Below the pieces are notes generated by a model. The model was not told where the DNA came from. It worked only from the letters and a program-made list of their open reading frames with translations, and did no database searches. Made by a program: the position numbers and the translations under genes. 64,000 bases of DNA from Escherichia phage phiWec188, in sequence record LC739537.1; one strand, given 5' to 3'. This document shows, piece by piece, positions 54,820 to 63,294 of this stretch; within the stretch, counting starts at the first letter, position 1, and each line of letters opens with the position of its first letter.

Positions 54820-55338
54820 TTAGTCAAATATCACATTACTTACGAGTTTCGCTGTGCTACGCAGAGTATAAATCTCCACAAGCTTCCCTGGACTCTCTTT
54901 CTTCGCTTTCGTGGCTCTTTCTTGCGCCTCTGAAAAAGATGATACAGTATGCACTACTACGTAGTCAACAATAACTGCAAACTTTTTAGGCACAATATCT
55001 GCATCAGGGCGATCGTCGTGTGCGGAAACCTCCTTGCCTGGCTGCGGTGCCAGCGGCGGCAAGCCCACCATTAACAACGGACCTCCGTCAAAGAAATATC
55101 CGATCTCATCGTGCCCAATAAGGAAGCGATCCATTTGAGCATCACCTACTCCCTGATCCCAGAACAGCTTCTTATCTTCTACGAAGATGATAAGAGATAG
55201 GACATTCCCGTAAGCGTCTGTTTTGACTACTTCAAACCAAAACTCTCCGATCGCTTCAGCCAACTTTTTAGAAATTGATTGAAACAACTCTTGGTACGTG
55301 CCTTGTCTGAAACGATAGATATTACCTGGTTTAAACAT
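54820..55338 (-). CDS. hypothetical protein, paralog pair C member 2 (172 aa)
   Basis: AGAGGAGACAC RBS; C-terminus ...VEIYTLRSTAKLVSNVIFD. Confidence 0.55.
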   Translation of the reverse strand: MFKPGNIYRFRQGTYQELFQSISKKLAEAIGEFWFEVVKTDAYGNVLSLIIFVEDKKLFWDQGVGDAQMDRFLIGHDEIGYFFDGGPLLMVGLPPLAPQPGKEVSAHDDRPDADIVPKKFAVIVDYVVVHTVSSFSEAQERATKAKKESPGKLVEIYTLRSTAKLVSNVIFD

Positions 55339-55360
55339 TAGTGTCTCCTCTTATGTTAAA

Positions 55361-55819
55361 TTATTGTTCTACTTCACGCAACCACGCTAAAGCCTCTTCT
55401 GGAGATTTATCGAAGTCGTTGAGCAGTTCCTGCTCCAACTCCTCTTTCATTTCATTCAGCACTTGTAGTTGACGTGCCTTTTTCCACAAGGCTACACGAT
55501 AATCAACACCTTGTGGTGCTTCTTCTGCCACTTTTACATTACCTGTCGGGCAGCGAGGAAGATAGTCTTCAATATCTTCCAAGGCACGGCGATAATTGGG
55601 GTCCATGTAGTTCACACGAACACGATTACATTCTAACAAAGTGGCACGGAACACTTCATAACGTGTTTCGGATAGAATGTGTTTCACACAGACAGCACCA
55701 GTATCTTCTGAAATTACACTATACACTTCCAGTAGGCTGGAGTTTCTCTTGACATAATCTGTAACACATTGCACATATGCTCCCAATATTGTGGAAGCTC
55801 TCACTGGTTTTTCGCTCAT
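55361..55819 (-). CDS. hypothetical protein (152 aa)
   Basis: GGGGAGGTAGAAA RBS. Confidence 0.55.
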   Translation of the reverse strand: MSEKPVRASTILGAYVQCVTDYVKRNSSLLEVYSVISEDTGAVCVKHILSETRYEVFRATLLECNRVRVNYMDPNYRRALEDIEDYLPRCPTGNVKVAEEAPQGVDYRVALWKKARQLQVLNEMKEELEQELLNDFDKSPEEALAWLREVEQ

Positions 55820-56055
55820 TTTCTACCTCCCCATAATGCCACCATTTTATTAAAGATGGAAGCGCGTCGTGCACGAGATGCTAACATACGATTGGCTTCT
55901 TCGTAGCCATCGAACAAACGATCTGTCAATACCAACGCCAGTGTCTTCTCTTGCAGAGACTGGCAATTATGTTCAGGACGACAGTCGTGCCCTGCATCGA
56001 AGTACAGATTGTTCAGATAATTGTTTGCTCTCTCATTCTGCTTTGCAGTGATCAC
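55816..56055 (-). CDS. hypothetical protein (79 aa), probable GTG start
   Basis: AAGGAGGGATT RBS before GTG. Confidence 0.45.
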   Translation of the reverse strand: MITAKQNERANNYLNNLYFDAGHDCRPEHNCQSLQEKTLALVLTDRLFDGYEEANRMLASRARRASIFNKMVALWGGRK

Positions 56056-56064
56056 AATCCCTCC

Positions 56065-56295
56065 TTAGTGAACAATTTCATATTCATGAGGAAGGAAAAC
56101 ATAATCTTCCCCTTCACCTGCATCTTCTTCATCCCAGAAGAAACCTGGTATCTCAATCATCTTCGAAAAGCGCACATGGGCCAGCCCACTATACCCTATT
56201 TGTGCATTCAGCACAACGGGTAACTCTGCACCAATCAGACCTACATACCCACAAGCGGTTTCAATACGAATTTTCATACGTTTCATGTTATGCAT
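56065..56295 (-). CDS. hypothetical protein (76 aa)
   Basis: GGAGAA RBS. Confidence 0.45.
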   Translation of the reverse strand: MHNMKRMKIRIETACGYVGLIGAELPVVLNAQIGYSGLAHVRFSKMIEIPGFFWDEEDAGEGEDYVFLPHEYEIVH

Positions 56296-56497
56296 CTTTC
56301 ATATTCTCCACGAAGTGACGAGCAACAGGATTCCCGTAGAAATATTCATTGATGAAATCGATCACACACGTTTCACTGCCTGTCACAACGGACGGTGCGA
56401 AGTTTCGGAACTGCACGAGTACACGACTTGCGTTAGCAAGGGTGTGCACACGATCAGTGTTAGCTAAATACAAGGATACAGTTTTCATATTTGACAT
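56288..56497 (-). CDS. hypothetical protein (69 aa)
   Basis: TGAGGAGATTGAA RBS. Confidence 0.45.
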   Translation of the reverse strand: MSNMKTVSLYLANTDRVHTLANASRVLVQFRNFAPSVVTGSETCVIDFINEYFYGNPVARHFVENMKDA

Positions 56498-56556
56498 TTC
56501 AATCTCCTCATTGGCTATCTGTTATGCGCGGTATGCAAACCACTATACAGACATTT

Positions 56557-56919
56557 TTATTCAATGCAAGCATTATTTACATCTTCGATACGATCTTCCA
56601 CCCATTGCACACGCAGTTTGTTGAGATGACATTTTCTGTTTTCACATTCTTCCTCGTAGTCGAAGAAGTCAGTATTGAAAGGTGTGCTTTTAGACAACCC
56701 TGCATAGATAAACTGTATCATCATTTCATCACCTAAAGCTTCACGCATCTCCCAGAACATATCCACATCAGCCCCATGCTTCGGATATAATACTTCCCAT
56801 GCAAAATTGCCTAAACATACGCACAAGCCATTCGCTGTGTTCGCCAACTCACTACGGTTAGCCATCCAATTCTTATAGAACATCAGAAGAGTATCACTAC
56901 TCAAGGGAATATTTTTCAT
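56557..56919 (-). CDS. family-A small protein, paralog 8 of 9 (120 aa)
   Basis: LLMFYKNWMAN...NGLCVCL...TPFN...HLNKLRVQWVEDRI. Confidence 0.55.
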   Translation of the reverse strand: MKNIPLSSDTLLMFYKNWMANRSELANTANGLCVCLGNFAWEVLYPKHGADVDMFWEMREALGDEMMIQFIYAGLSKSTPFNTDFFDYEEECENRKCHLNKLRVQWVEDRIEDVNNACIE

Positions 56920-56920
56920 A

Positions 56921-57301
56921 TCAGGCTCCTTTACGATTATGCAAACAATCTTTCACTCGTTCTTGCACCCACTCTACACGAAGCTTGTTTTCATGCGCTC
57001 TGCTGTGGTTATACTCTCGCACATATTCTTCGTAGTTCACATTAAAGGGAACACTGACAGACAATCCTGCGCAACGGAATTGTTTCTTCATTTCTTTTAA
57101 TGTTGCATCACTTATGGCACAAAGCTGTTTTGCCTGTTCCTCACTGAAATTACGGTCCCACATCTCATCCCAGATAAAGGTATCCAAGCATACACATAAC
57201 CCATTCCTTGTGCGCTCTTTGGTATGATGATCAGCAAGCCAACTTTCATAGAAGGCTAACAACATTGGACTACTCAACGGAACATTTTTACTCTCTTGCA
57301 T
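56921..57301 (-). CDS. family-A small protein, paralog 9 of 9 (126 aa)
   Basis: LLAFYESWLAD...NGLCVCL...VPFN...HENKLRVEWVQERV; AGAGGAGATT RBS at internal ATG. Confidence 0.55.
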   Translation of the reverse strand: MQESKNVPLSSPMLLAFYESWLADHHTKERTRNGLCVCLDTFIWDEMWDRNFSEEQAKQLCAISDATLKEMKKQFRCAGLSVSVPFNVNYEEYVREYNHSRAHENKLRVEWVQERVKDCLHNRKGA

Positions 57302-58882
57302 GATAATCTCCTCTCTTGGTTTCATGACAAACATCGTAACTCTCAACGAGGAACATCTTACGATCAATCCTCGGCAATTACAATTCATTTATCATTGGTA
57401 TTCCCTATCAATTATTCCATATATACCTGTTATTTTTGACACCCCTTTGGTCAAATATTAATCGGCAAAATATCTGGGGGGAGAGATTATTTCGATACCC
57501 TCTGTTCCTGCGATTTATCGGCAAGAATATCATCGGCAAAGAGACAGAAAAGCCTTTGGTAGCAAGGATTTATGGCGAGTACGTCAGGACTGCTGAACGC
57601 GAATTTTCCGGCCCCTCCACTTCTGCGCGCCGGAATCTTCAAATATCAATGAGAATAATTATCATTATCATTCGCATTCAATAACTTAGGCGATCTTTTC
57701 CCCTGCTATAAGGTTGGGCCTAACTTAAGCACTACTTTTTAAACAATCCTTTATCAATCAACTACTTAACAACCTAAACATATGATTACTACGGTGTAAA
57801 GGTGCCGCCCATAACAGACTACCTATAAAATAAATGAGAATGATTATTATTCAGACAATTCTTACAACAAATCGACCAATAAATCAAGATTTTTCTGATT
57901 TTATTTACGTTTAAGAGAACGTGCTCAACATATCCGCCATAGGCGGCTATCTTTCCCCCGCAAACATTAAGCCTTTATCTTTCATCTTTCTGTATATCTG
58001 TACACTATGCAACCTGTCGCTATTCGCTCATGTTGCTACGTGCTAATCCTTCACCATGCTAATGATGATCACACTGAACGATAGTGATAACTCATGTAAT
58101 AATTACATTGATTATTATATTACGCTTAACTATTCTTACATACAATGCTAATAATAAGCCAGCGTAATTAGTGTAAGCGTAATACGCTTGCAATAATTGC
58201 AAGCTACATAATCACAAGAAATAACTATCACCGATAGTTATGATTGTGGGGGTGTAGTTGGCTTATTATTAGCTCGCTACGTGTCCGGCGTAGCGTGCTA
58301 ATGATGAGGCTTGGAATGATTCATTTTACAATTATTACAGTCTTCACTATTTCGGCAATAGGCACTATTTTACTAATAGTTGTTATTTTAATGATTTCAT
58401 TTGTTATCGTTAGTTAGTTGGTTGTTTTGTCGTGTTATCGTTATCTTGCTTAGTATTCATCATGGTTTGATTGTTTGTCGTTATCAATCATCTTTCTATT
58501 ATTCCTTTGATTATGATTAGTTTGCTTATTGTTTTAGGTTGTTGGTTGGTTAGTTGTTGCGAACTATTATCAACATTATAGTTATGCACTTATATTGCAT
58601 AGATACGCAAGGTTAGATGATAATGGTTATCATTGCACTGGAAAGGAGGAAAACAGCCTTTTTCGGTTGTTTGTTGTTGGTTGTTGATCGATTTTAACCG
58701 CTCTAAATAGCTCTCTAACAGCCTGTTGCCCTGGGAGGTATGGTTATTCGTTTGCTGGTTGATTAGCTCGATACCGCGATTTATTCATTTTTGTTCTGTG
58801 TCGGTTTTTCATAGGCGGAAGCTATCAACATTATTTGGACAAAAAGAAAGGGCGCTTAGTGCGCCCCTTGTTTTGTTGTCGA
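57302..58882. other. about 1.6 kb non-coding region: AT-rich, palindromes and direct repeats, followed by a GT-skewed low-complexity tract
   Basis: no ORF of 60 aa or more on the gene-bearing minus strand; palindromes near 58175-58204 (AAGCGTAATACGCTT, GCTTGCAATAATTGCAAGC) and 58221-58241 (ATAACTATCACCGATAGTTAT); repeated ATCGGCAA and GCTAATGATGA words; T/G-rich iteron-like tract about 58380-58700. Confidence 0.6.
58849..58873 (-). terminator. minus-strand terminator (GGGGCGCACTAAGCGCCC + TTTCTTT)
   Basis: GC hairpin + U-tract immediately downstream of gene 58883..59302. Confidence 0.5.
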
Positions 58883-59302
58883 TTATAAAGCTTCATAGAT
58901 TGAGTATATCCGGTTCGCCAGGTCATTACGAAAGCGGAATTTTTCATCACGTTTAATCATCAGATCCTTAAAACCGCATTCTTTCAATGCTTCGTTAACT
59001 TTACTGCGGCATACTTTCATATTGTCCTGCGCGTCACCAATAAACTTATTGCTATGATGCATTGCTTTGATCTCTTCTTCCAGGACCAGGGCAACTACAC
59101 GGATCGGATCAAGCTGATACGCGGTAACATCCATGCGGCATTGTAAACGGCTTTTAACGTCTGCCACCGGATATACTGCAACCTCTTCCCCGTCAACGTT
59201 CACGATAACCAGTTTACCATCAATTTCGAAGCCTTTAGCGGCGCTACCGTGACAAAAAGCGTTGTCGAAGGAGTAAGCTGGATTATTTGATTTAATGTTC
59301 AT
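58883..59302 (-). CDS. hypothetical protein (139 aa)
   Basis: long ORF; AAAGGA 9 nt upstream; own promoter upstream. Confidence 0.55.
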   Translation of the reverse strand: MNIKSNNPAYSFDNAFCHGSAAKGFEIDGKLVIVNVDGEEVAVYPVADVKSRLQCRMDVTAYQLDPIRVVALVLEEEIKAMHHSNKFIGDAQDNMKVCRSKVNEALKECGFKDLMIKRDEKFRFRNDLANRIYSIYEAL

Positions 59303-59344
59303 GGTGTTGTCCTTTGTTTCGTTTCGTTGTTTGCTGCCAGTGAG

Positions 59345-59380
59345 TTAAATATAATATAACGCCGATCCCCTGTCAATAGG
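59345..59380 (-). promoter_or_regulatory. promoter TTGACA-N17-TATATT flanked by inverted repeat CCCCT...AGGGG
   Basis: hexamers on reverse complement upstream of 59302 gene; coordinates approximate. Confidence 0.45.
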
Positions 59381-59409
59381 GGATAGCGCATTATTTACAT
59401 TTCTTTACG

Positions 59410-59433
59410 TTAAAGGGCGCTTAGTGCGCCCTT
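59410..59433 (-). terminator. minus-strand terminator-like hairpin (AGGGCGCACTAAGCGCCCTTT)
   Basis: same hairpin sequence as at 58.85 kb, downstream of gene 59442..59810. Confidence 0.45.
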
Positions 59434-59441
59434 GTACAATC

Positions 59442-59810
59442 TTACTTTGTGCGGTTGTAAACGTTATCGCGTTCAACCATCAAGGCAAGGCGGATCAGTT
59501 GATCAGTTGTATCGCGTAAGCTGTCAGGCCATGTTTTATTGTTCCAGCTATCTAAATTTGATTGAATATAGGTTTCAATGGCTTGATCCATATTGTCGAA
59601 CAAGTTTGCCTCCAGGCTCTCGGCTGTTTCACACTGGAAAGCATCAGCGACACTATTAATCAATAAGCAAGCCAGTAGATCAGCGTTGCGCCAATTTTTA
59701 CGGATAGTTTCATCTTTCAGATAACCAACGAGATCAACCTTTGCGCCAGTGGTGGACGTTGCGATCACTTCTTGCGCTTTTTCAACTGCTTTAATTGCTG
59801 ATTTGCTCAT
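59442..59810 (-). CDS. hypothetical protein (122 aa)
   Basis: AAGAGGAAAAGAAG RBS. Confidence 0.55.
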   Translation of the reverse strand: MSKSAIKAVEKAQEVIATSTTGAKVDLVGYLKDETIRKNWRNADLLACLLINSVADAFQCETAESLEANLFDNMDQAIETYIQSNLDSWNNKTWPDSLRDTTDQLIRLALMVERDNVYNRTK

Positions 59811-59825
59811 CTTCTTTTCCTCTTT

Positions 59826-59890
59826 GTGGGCTTGCTGTATTGCTCGCCCTACGCAATAACTATAAGTTAACAGGGTGTATAAAGCAAGCT
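59826..59890 (-). promoter_or_regulatory. promoter-leader cassette (TTGCTT-N17-TATAGT, then ...CGTAGGGCGAGC hairpin)
   Basis: member of repeated cassette family; coordinates approximate. Confidence 0.35.
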
Positions 59891-60122
59891 ATTTTTTATA
59901 AAATTTTTCTGCTGTGATATTCTTCCCTGTAGGCTTAACCGCTTGCAAGATCTTATCATGCGCCGGACGTCCAAAGGAATAAGATCCATAAACGGTAAAC
60001 CAATAATCCCCGTCAGGTTGAACGGTTACGGCGGCGTAGGGTGTACCTCTCTCATTATCACCGATAAAGTGTGAAACATTGCCGTTAACGTTCGATTTAG
60101 TGCTTTTAATTTGTCCGATCAT
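59889..60122 (-). CDS. hypothetical protein (77 aa)
   Basis: weak RBS; own promoter cassette upstream. Confidence 0.5.
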   Translation of the reverse strand: MIGQIKSTKSNVNGNVSHFIGDNERGTPYAAVTVQPDGDYWFTVYGSYSFGRPAHDKILQAVKPTGKNITAEKFYKK

Positions 60123-60139
60123 GGTGTTATTCCTATATT

Positions 60140-60202
60140 AGACGGGAAACATTCCCGCCCTACGTGATAAATAATAATATAAGCGTGATCCGGTGTCAAT
60201 AG
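60140..60202 (-). promoter_or_regulatory. promoter-leader cassette (TTGACA-N17-TATTAT, CACGTAGGGCGGGAA-TGT-TTCCCG hairpin)
   Basis: conserved GATCCGGTGTCAATAG upstream element and CCCTACGTGATAAAT leader on + strand. Confidence 0.45.
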
Positions 60203-60373
60203 GTAGAATTGTAAAGATTTGATAGTTTATCTCTTTGATGTTTTGTTGTTTGATAGGTGTTAGCTATCAATATATAGCGGGGTCGTCCGGTGATTACCTC
60301 CCCCGTTGCCAGTGCCGCCCGTTCAATAAGCATAACAAAAAACAGGACAAAAACAAGCCCTGTTTTGTAAAGA

Positions 60374-60577
60374 TTAGATGATCTGCATATCCTCCACGAT
60401 AATTTCTAATTTCCAAACAAGATGATCTAAGCTCCCTGATAAAAATGATTCCGATACATAACCGCCATCGGACACCGTAGCAAGGATCTCGCCATTTGCT
60501 TGCTCTTTGATTTGAACATCCAGGCGGTTAGCCTTTGCTTTATTCAGGACGGCGATCAGGCGGTTAGCTGTAGTCAT
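60374..60577 (-). CDS. hypothetical protein (67 aa)
   Basis: GGAAGGAAAAACACC RBS at internal ATG. Confidence 0.5.
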   Translation of the reverse strand: MTTANRLIAVLNKAKANRLDVQIKEQANGEILATVSDGGYVSESFLSGSLDHLVWKLEIIVEDMQII

Positions 60578-60597
60578 GGTGTTTTTCCTTCCAGTTG

Positions 60598-60660
60598 TGA
60601 GCGGCACCATTGCCGCCCTACGAAATACATCTTACACTATCCGGCACATCATGCAAGCTA
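60598..60660 (-). promoter_or_regulatory. promoter-leader cassette (TTGCAT-N16-TAAGAT, CGTAGGGCGGCA-ATGG-TGCCGC hairpin)
   Basis: member of repeated cassette family. Confidence 0.4.
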
Positions 60661-60662
60661 TT

Positions 60663-60854
60663 TTATACTTCGTCACCTATATAATCAGATCTGTTCTTCT
60701 CTGTCATACGCTTAAGCAATTCCTGCATATGGCTTATAGCTTGCAATGTGTCTTCTTCCAGGCTTGAATCCACATAATCAGGATCATTCTTTACCTTGCT
60801 ATGGTTGTGATAACGCAACGCTGCTAATACCTTTCTAACTTGTTCTGCATTCAT
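60663..60854 (-). CDS. hypothetical protein (63 aa)
   Basis: TAAGGAGTAATAAAA RBS. Confidence 0.5.
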   Translation of the reverse strand: MNAEQVRKVLAALRYHNHSKVKNDPDYVDSSLEEDTLQAISHMQELLKRMTEKNRSDYIGDEV

Positions 60855-60866
60855 TTTTATTACTCC

Positions 60867-61001
60867 TTAAAACCAGGTGCCAACCGTTTCCAATAGGTCA
60901 CTGACTACCAGAACAACACCGATTAGCACATATTTAACCAGGAAGGGGATTAGCGCCAGCGTTGCTACTATGATCCCCATTGTCATGATTACCTTTCTCA
61001 T
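60867..61001 (-). CDS. small membrane ORF (44 aa)
   Basis: ATG overlaps stop of upstream gene (ATGA); two hydrophobic segments. Confidence 0.35.
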   Translation of the reverse strand: MRKVIMTMGIIVATLALIPFLVKYVLIGVVLVVSDLLETVGTWF

Positions 61002-61288
61002 TGTTGGCGGTTTACGTAAGCTTTACCGTTTACGGTCATCGGTATGGCCTCAAGGTCTGGATCTTCCTTAAGGTCGCGTGCAAGCTCACCGCACCGGACA
61101 CCCTCGAATCCGTGGTATTCTGTTTCCCCGTCCTTAAAAGTTTTAGCGGCAAGGCATAGGCGATAATTAACCCCGATCCGGTTTACTGCGTTGATATCGG
61201 TTAACGTGATCGATTCAGGCAAATCGTTAGCCATTACAGGCGCGTTAATACCAACAACCAGGGCAACTACTGCGATCATCTTTTTCAT
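60998..61288 (-). CDS. secreted protein with signal peptide (96 aa)
   Basis: MKKMIAVVALVVGINAPVMA|ND signal peptide; GGAAGAGGATAG RBS. Confidence 0.55.
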   Translation of the reverse strand: MKKMIAVVALVVGINAPVMANDLPESITLTDINAVNRIGVNYRLCLAAKTFKDGETEYHGFEGVRCGELARDLKEDPDLEAIPMTVNGKAYVNRQQ

Positions 61289-61339
61289 GTTGTCTATCCT
61301 CTTCCTATTGCGTTTAATGGGGCGTTGCCGCCCCGCTGA

Positions 61340-61564
61340 TTAATTACGTTGGCTGTTTTCTACTATCGACTTTAAAATAAAGTCAGTTACGCCCTTTGTG
61401 TCATCCGGCGGGAAGTTATCAGCATAGCACCAGGCATAAGCGCCATCAACTGGAAGCGGGAAGATATGCACGCTTAGATCCCCATAATCATATTCAGTTA
61501 TTTCTACCTTGAGATCCGACAATTCAGCCAGTTTAATAGCTTGTAACATTCTAACAATACTCAT
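61340..61564 (-). CDS. hypothetical protein (74 aa)
   Basis: AGAAAGGAAAAG RBS; GGGCGGCAACGCCCC hairpin in 5' leader. Confidence 0.5.
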   Translation of the reverse strand: MSIVRMLQAIKLAELSDLKVEITEYDYGDLSVHIFPLPVDGAYAWCYADNFPPDDTKGVTDFILKSIVENSQRN

Positions 61565-61603
61565 AATCTTTTCCTTTCTGATAGTGGGGCGTTGCCGCCC
61601 TTT

Positions 61604-61849
61604 TTAGAATTGACGCGTTACGCGATCGGTGTTTTCTTCCTTTACAACCTTACCTGTTGCTACCATTTCGCTGATTTTTTCATCGTTGATAATGTTGTTA
61701 TTCTCTTTGATCCAGGTCCAACGATTACCCATCAAAGTATTCCCTTTTAACGCATAATACCAAATGTTGTTAGGCATTTTGATCCAAGCCATACCGCGCG
61801 AATTTTTCGGGTCGTGGTAGATATTGCCAATTTTAGTTGTCTGGTACAT
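61604..61849 (-). CDS. hypothetical protein (81 aa)
   Basis: AAAGGTAAAACATC RBS. Confidence 0.5.
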   Translation of the reverse strand: MYQTTKIGNIYHDPKNSRGMAWIKMPNNIWYYALKGNTLMGNRWTWIKENNNIINDEKISEMVATGKVVKEENTDRVTRQF

Positions 61850-61869
61850 GATGTTTTACCTTTTTCCAG

Positions 61870-61932
61870 GAAGCGGGAACTATTCCCGCCCTACGTGGTA
61901 AATATTATCATATTGACGATCCGTGTCAATAG
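61870..61932 (-). promoter_or_regulatory. promoter-leader cassette (TTGACA-N16-TAATAT, CACGTAGGGCGGGAA-TAG-TTCCCGC hairpin)
   Basis: conserved GATCCGTGTCAATAG and CCCTACGTGGTAAATATTATCA elements. Confidence 0.45.
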
Positions 61933-61949
61933 TTTTTTGGAGTTTTTAC

Positions 61950-62351
61950 TTACAGGCCCAAGATAGCCCGTGCATCGTTACGCTGTTTAGTCTCAGTCAT
62001 GATCATATTTAAAATGGTCGGATTAATATAACCTTTCTCCATAGCTTCGCGGACTGGTACATCATAAGCACCGAAACCAGTGCGAACGATACGCACATCA
62101 TTCAGATTAGTGTTATAGATCCCGCCTAAATCAACCGACTGGAAAACGGCATCAACACTATATTCAGTGTTGCCATCGTTGACGTTTTCGATCTCAATGT
62201 TGCGAGACACCGCCCAACGTTTACAGCCTCCAATCAGGTAGCATTGTTCCTTTGTCAGATTACCATTGGAAACCGCATATTTCAGGGCTTCAGCGCCGAA
62301 AGTTTTAGCAATGTTAACAACGTCAGTATAAGAAAGGATCGTAATGTTCAT
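61950..62351 (-). CDS. hypothetical protein (133 aa)
   Basis: GGAG RBS; own promoter cassette. Confidence 0.55.
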   Translation of the reverse strand: MNITILSYTDVVNIAKTFGAEALKYAVSNGNLTKEQCYLIGGCKRWAVSRNIEIENVNDGNTEYSVDAVFQSVDLGGIYNTNLNDVRIVRTGFGAYDVPVREAMEKGYINPTILNMIMTETKQRNDARAILGL

Positions 62352-62369
62352 GGTTATAACTCCAAATGG

Positions 62370-62435
62370 TGAGCGGCACCATTGCCGCCCTACGTGGTAA
62401 ATATTATCACACTGGTGATCTGTGTCAATACTATT
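62370..62435 (-). promoter_or_regulatory. promoter-leader cassette (TTGACA-N16-TAATAT with TG extension, CACGTAGGGCGGCA-ATGG-TGCCGC hairpin)
   Basis: near-identical to cassette at 61.9 kb. Confidence 0.45.
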
Positions 62436-62453
62436 TATTCAATATAAATAAAA

Positions 62454-62669
62454 TTATGATGTGCGCTCAATTATGATAATGGTCTGTGGGATCTCGTTTT
62501 CTGCCACTATCAGGGCTTTTTTCTGCGTGATAGTTATTTTAACACGTTGCAACGATGCGGTAAAGTCTTTCATTTCGTTATGTGCGGACTTGCTGCAATG
62601 CCAGATCTCAGGCTTACCAACTTGTAAGCCGCGTAAAAATTCCGTTTTGCCTGCTTTGTTCGTGAACAT
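62454..62669 (-). CDS. hypothetical protein (71 aa)
   Basis: AAGGTGAAACAA RBS at ATG. Confidence 0.45.
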   Translation of the reverse strand: MFTNKAGKTEFLRGLQVGKPEIWHCSKSAHNEMKDFTASLQRVKITITQKKALIVAENEIPQTIIIIERTS

Positions 62670-62679
62670 TTGTTTCACC

Positions 62680-62784
62680 TTAACCGATACCGTGAGAAGA
62701 TAGGATCATATTAGCCATAGTTGCAACCACTCCAACCGATAACGCCAGGCCAACTATTGCAACCGTGAAAATTTTCTCTAACAT
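62680..62784 (-). CDS. small membrane peptide (34 aa)
   Basis: AAAGAGGGTAGCATC RBS; single TM helix; ORF-track N-terminal extension would overlap promoter cassette. Confidence 0.3.
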   Translation of the reverse strand: MLEKIFTVAIVGLALSVGVVATMANMILSSHGIG

Positions 62785-62867
62785 GATGCTACCCTCTTTA
62801 ATGGGCGTTGCCTTATTGCCCCGCCCTACGTGATACACTTTACCAGAAAACAAAATACTGTCAAGAT

Positions 62868-63005
62868 TTATTTTACTTCCCAAACGGAAAATTCACTACC
62901 TGGCGGGATCATTCTTTTAATCTTGTTTGCTGCTGCTACCAGGTCCACGGCTTGCACTGTAATAATATAACCAATTGTCGAGGCTGTTGCATTGAAAGTT
63001 TTCAT
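62868..63005 (-). CDS. small ORF (45 aa)
   Basis: GGTGAGGGTAATATA RBS; own cassette upstream. Confidence 0.35.
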   Translation of the reverse strand: MKTFNATASTIGYIITVQAVDLVAAANKIKRMIPPGSEFSVWEVK

Positions 63006-63021
63006 TATATTACCCTCACCA

Positions 63022-63075
63022 TCGGCGGCACCATTGCCGCCCTACAAGATGAATACTACGCGCTTACTTTGCTGT
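63022..63075 (-). promoter_or_regulatory. promoter-leader cassette (TTGACA-N17-TAGTAT, TTGTAGGGCGGCA-ATGG-TGCCGCC hairpin)
   Basis: member of repeated cassette family. Confidence 0.4.
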
Positions 63076-63246
63076 TGTCAACAAGGGGCGAAAAAACTTT
63101 TTGATCTGGCTTGCTGTTAGGCGCATATCTGCTTTGAGCGTTGCCAGGCGATAAGCCTTACCCTTAATCAGTTTATGGTGTCCGGTGCCGTTGCCGATGA
63201 TAACATCAATTTCACACAATACACGGGAAGAATCAATCTTTTTCAT
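63064..63246 (-). CDS. hypothetical protein (60 aa)
   Basis: AGAAAGGTAACAAG RBS; GGGGCGACAAGCGCCCC hairpin in leader. Confidence 0.4.
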   Translation of the reverse strand: MKKIDSSRVLCEIDVIIGNGTGHHKLIKGKAYRLATLKADMRLTASQIKKFFRPLLTTAK

Positions 63247-63294
63247 CTTGTTACCTTTCTTGTTATGGGGCGCTTGTCGCCCCTGGTTTATGGT

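Noticed and set aside
37135-56736. + strand ORF-track entries inside the minus-strand block (e.g. 38174..38587+, 47428..47832+, 49101..49694+, 52389..52721+, 53205..53585+, 56491..56736+)
   Set aside because: Antisense to dense, RBS-supported minus-strand genes; no RBS; low-complexity translations.
57436-58956. ORFs 57436..57684(+) and 58726..58956(+) in the large non-coding region
   Set aside because: No RBS, low-complexity products (e.g. IIIIIIRIQ), on the opposite strand to all neighbouring genes; the region is better explained as non-coding.
37543-61606. Plus-strand-oriented hairpin + T-tract elements inside the minus-only region (about 37543-37567 GCTGCA...TGCAGC TTTT; about 61585-61606 GGGGCGTTGCCGCCC TTTTT)
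   Set aside because: They would terminate + strand (antisense) transcription; without transcript data I cannot tell functional antisense terminators from the reverse face of minus-strand leader hairpins.
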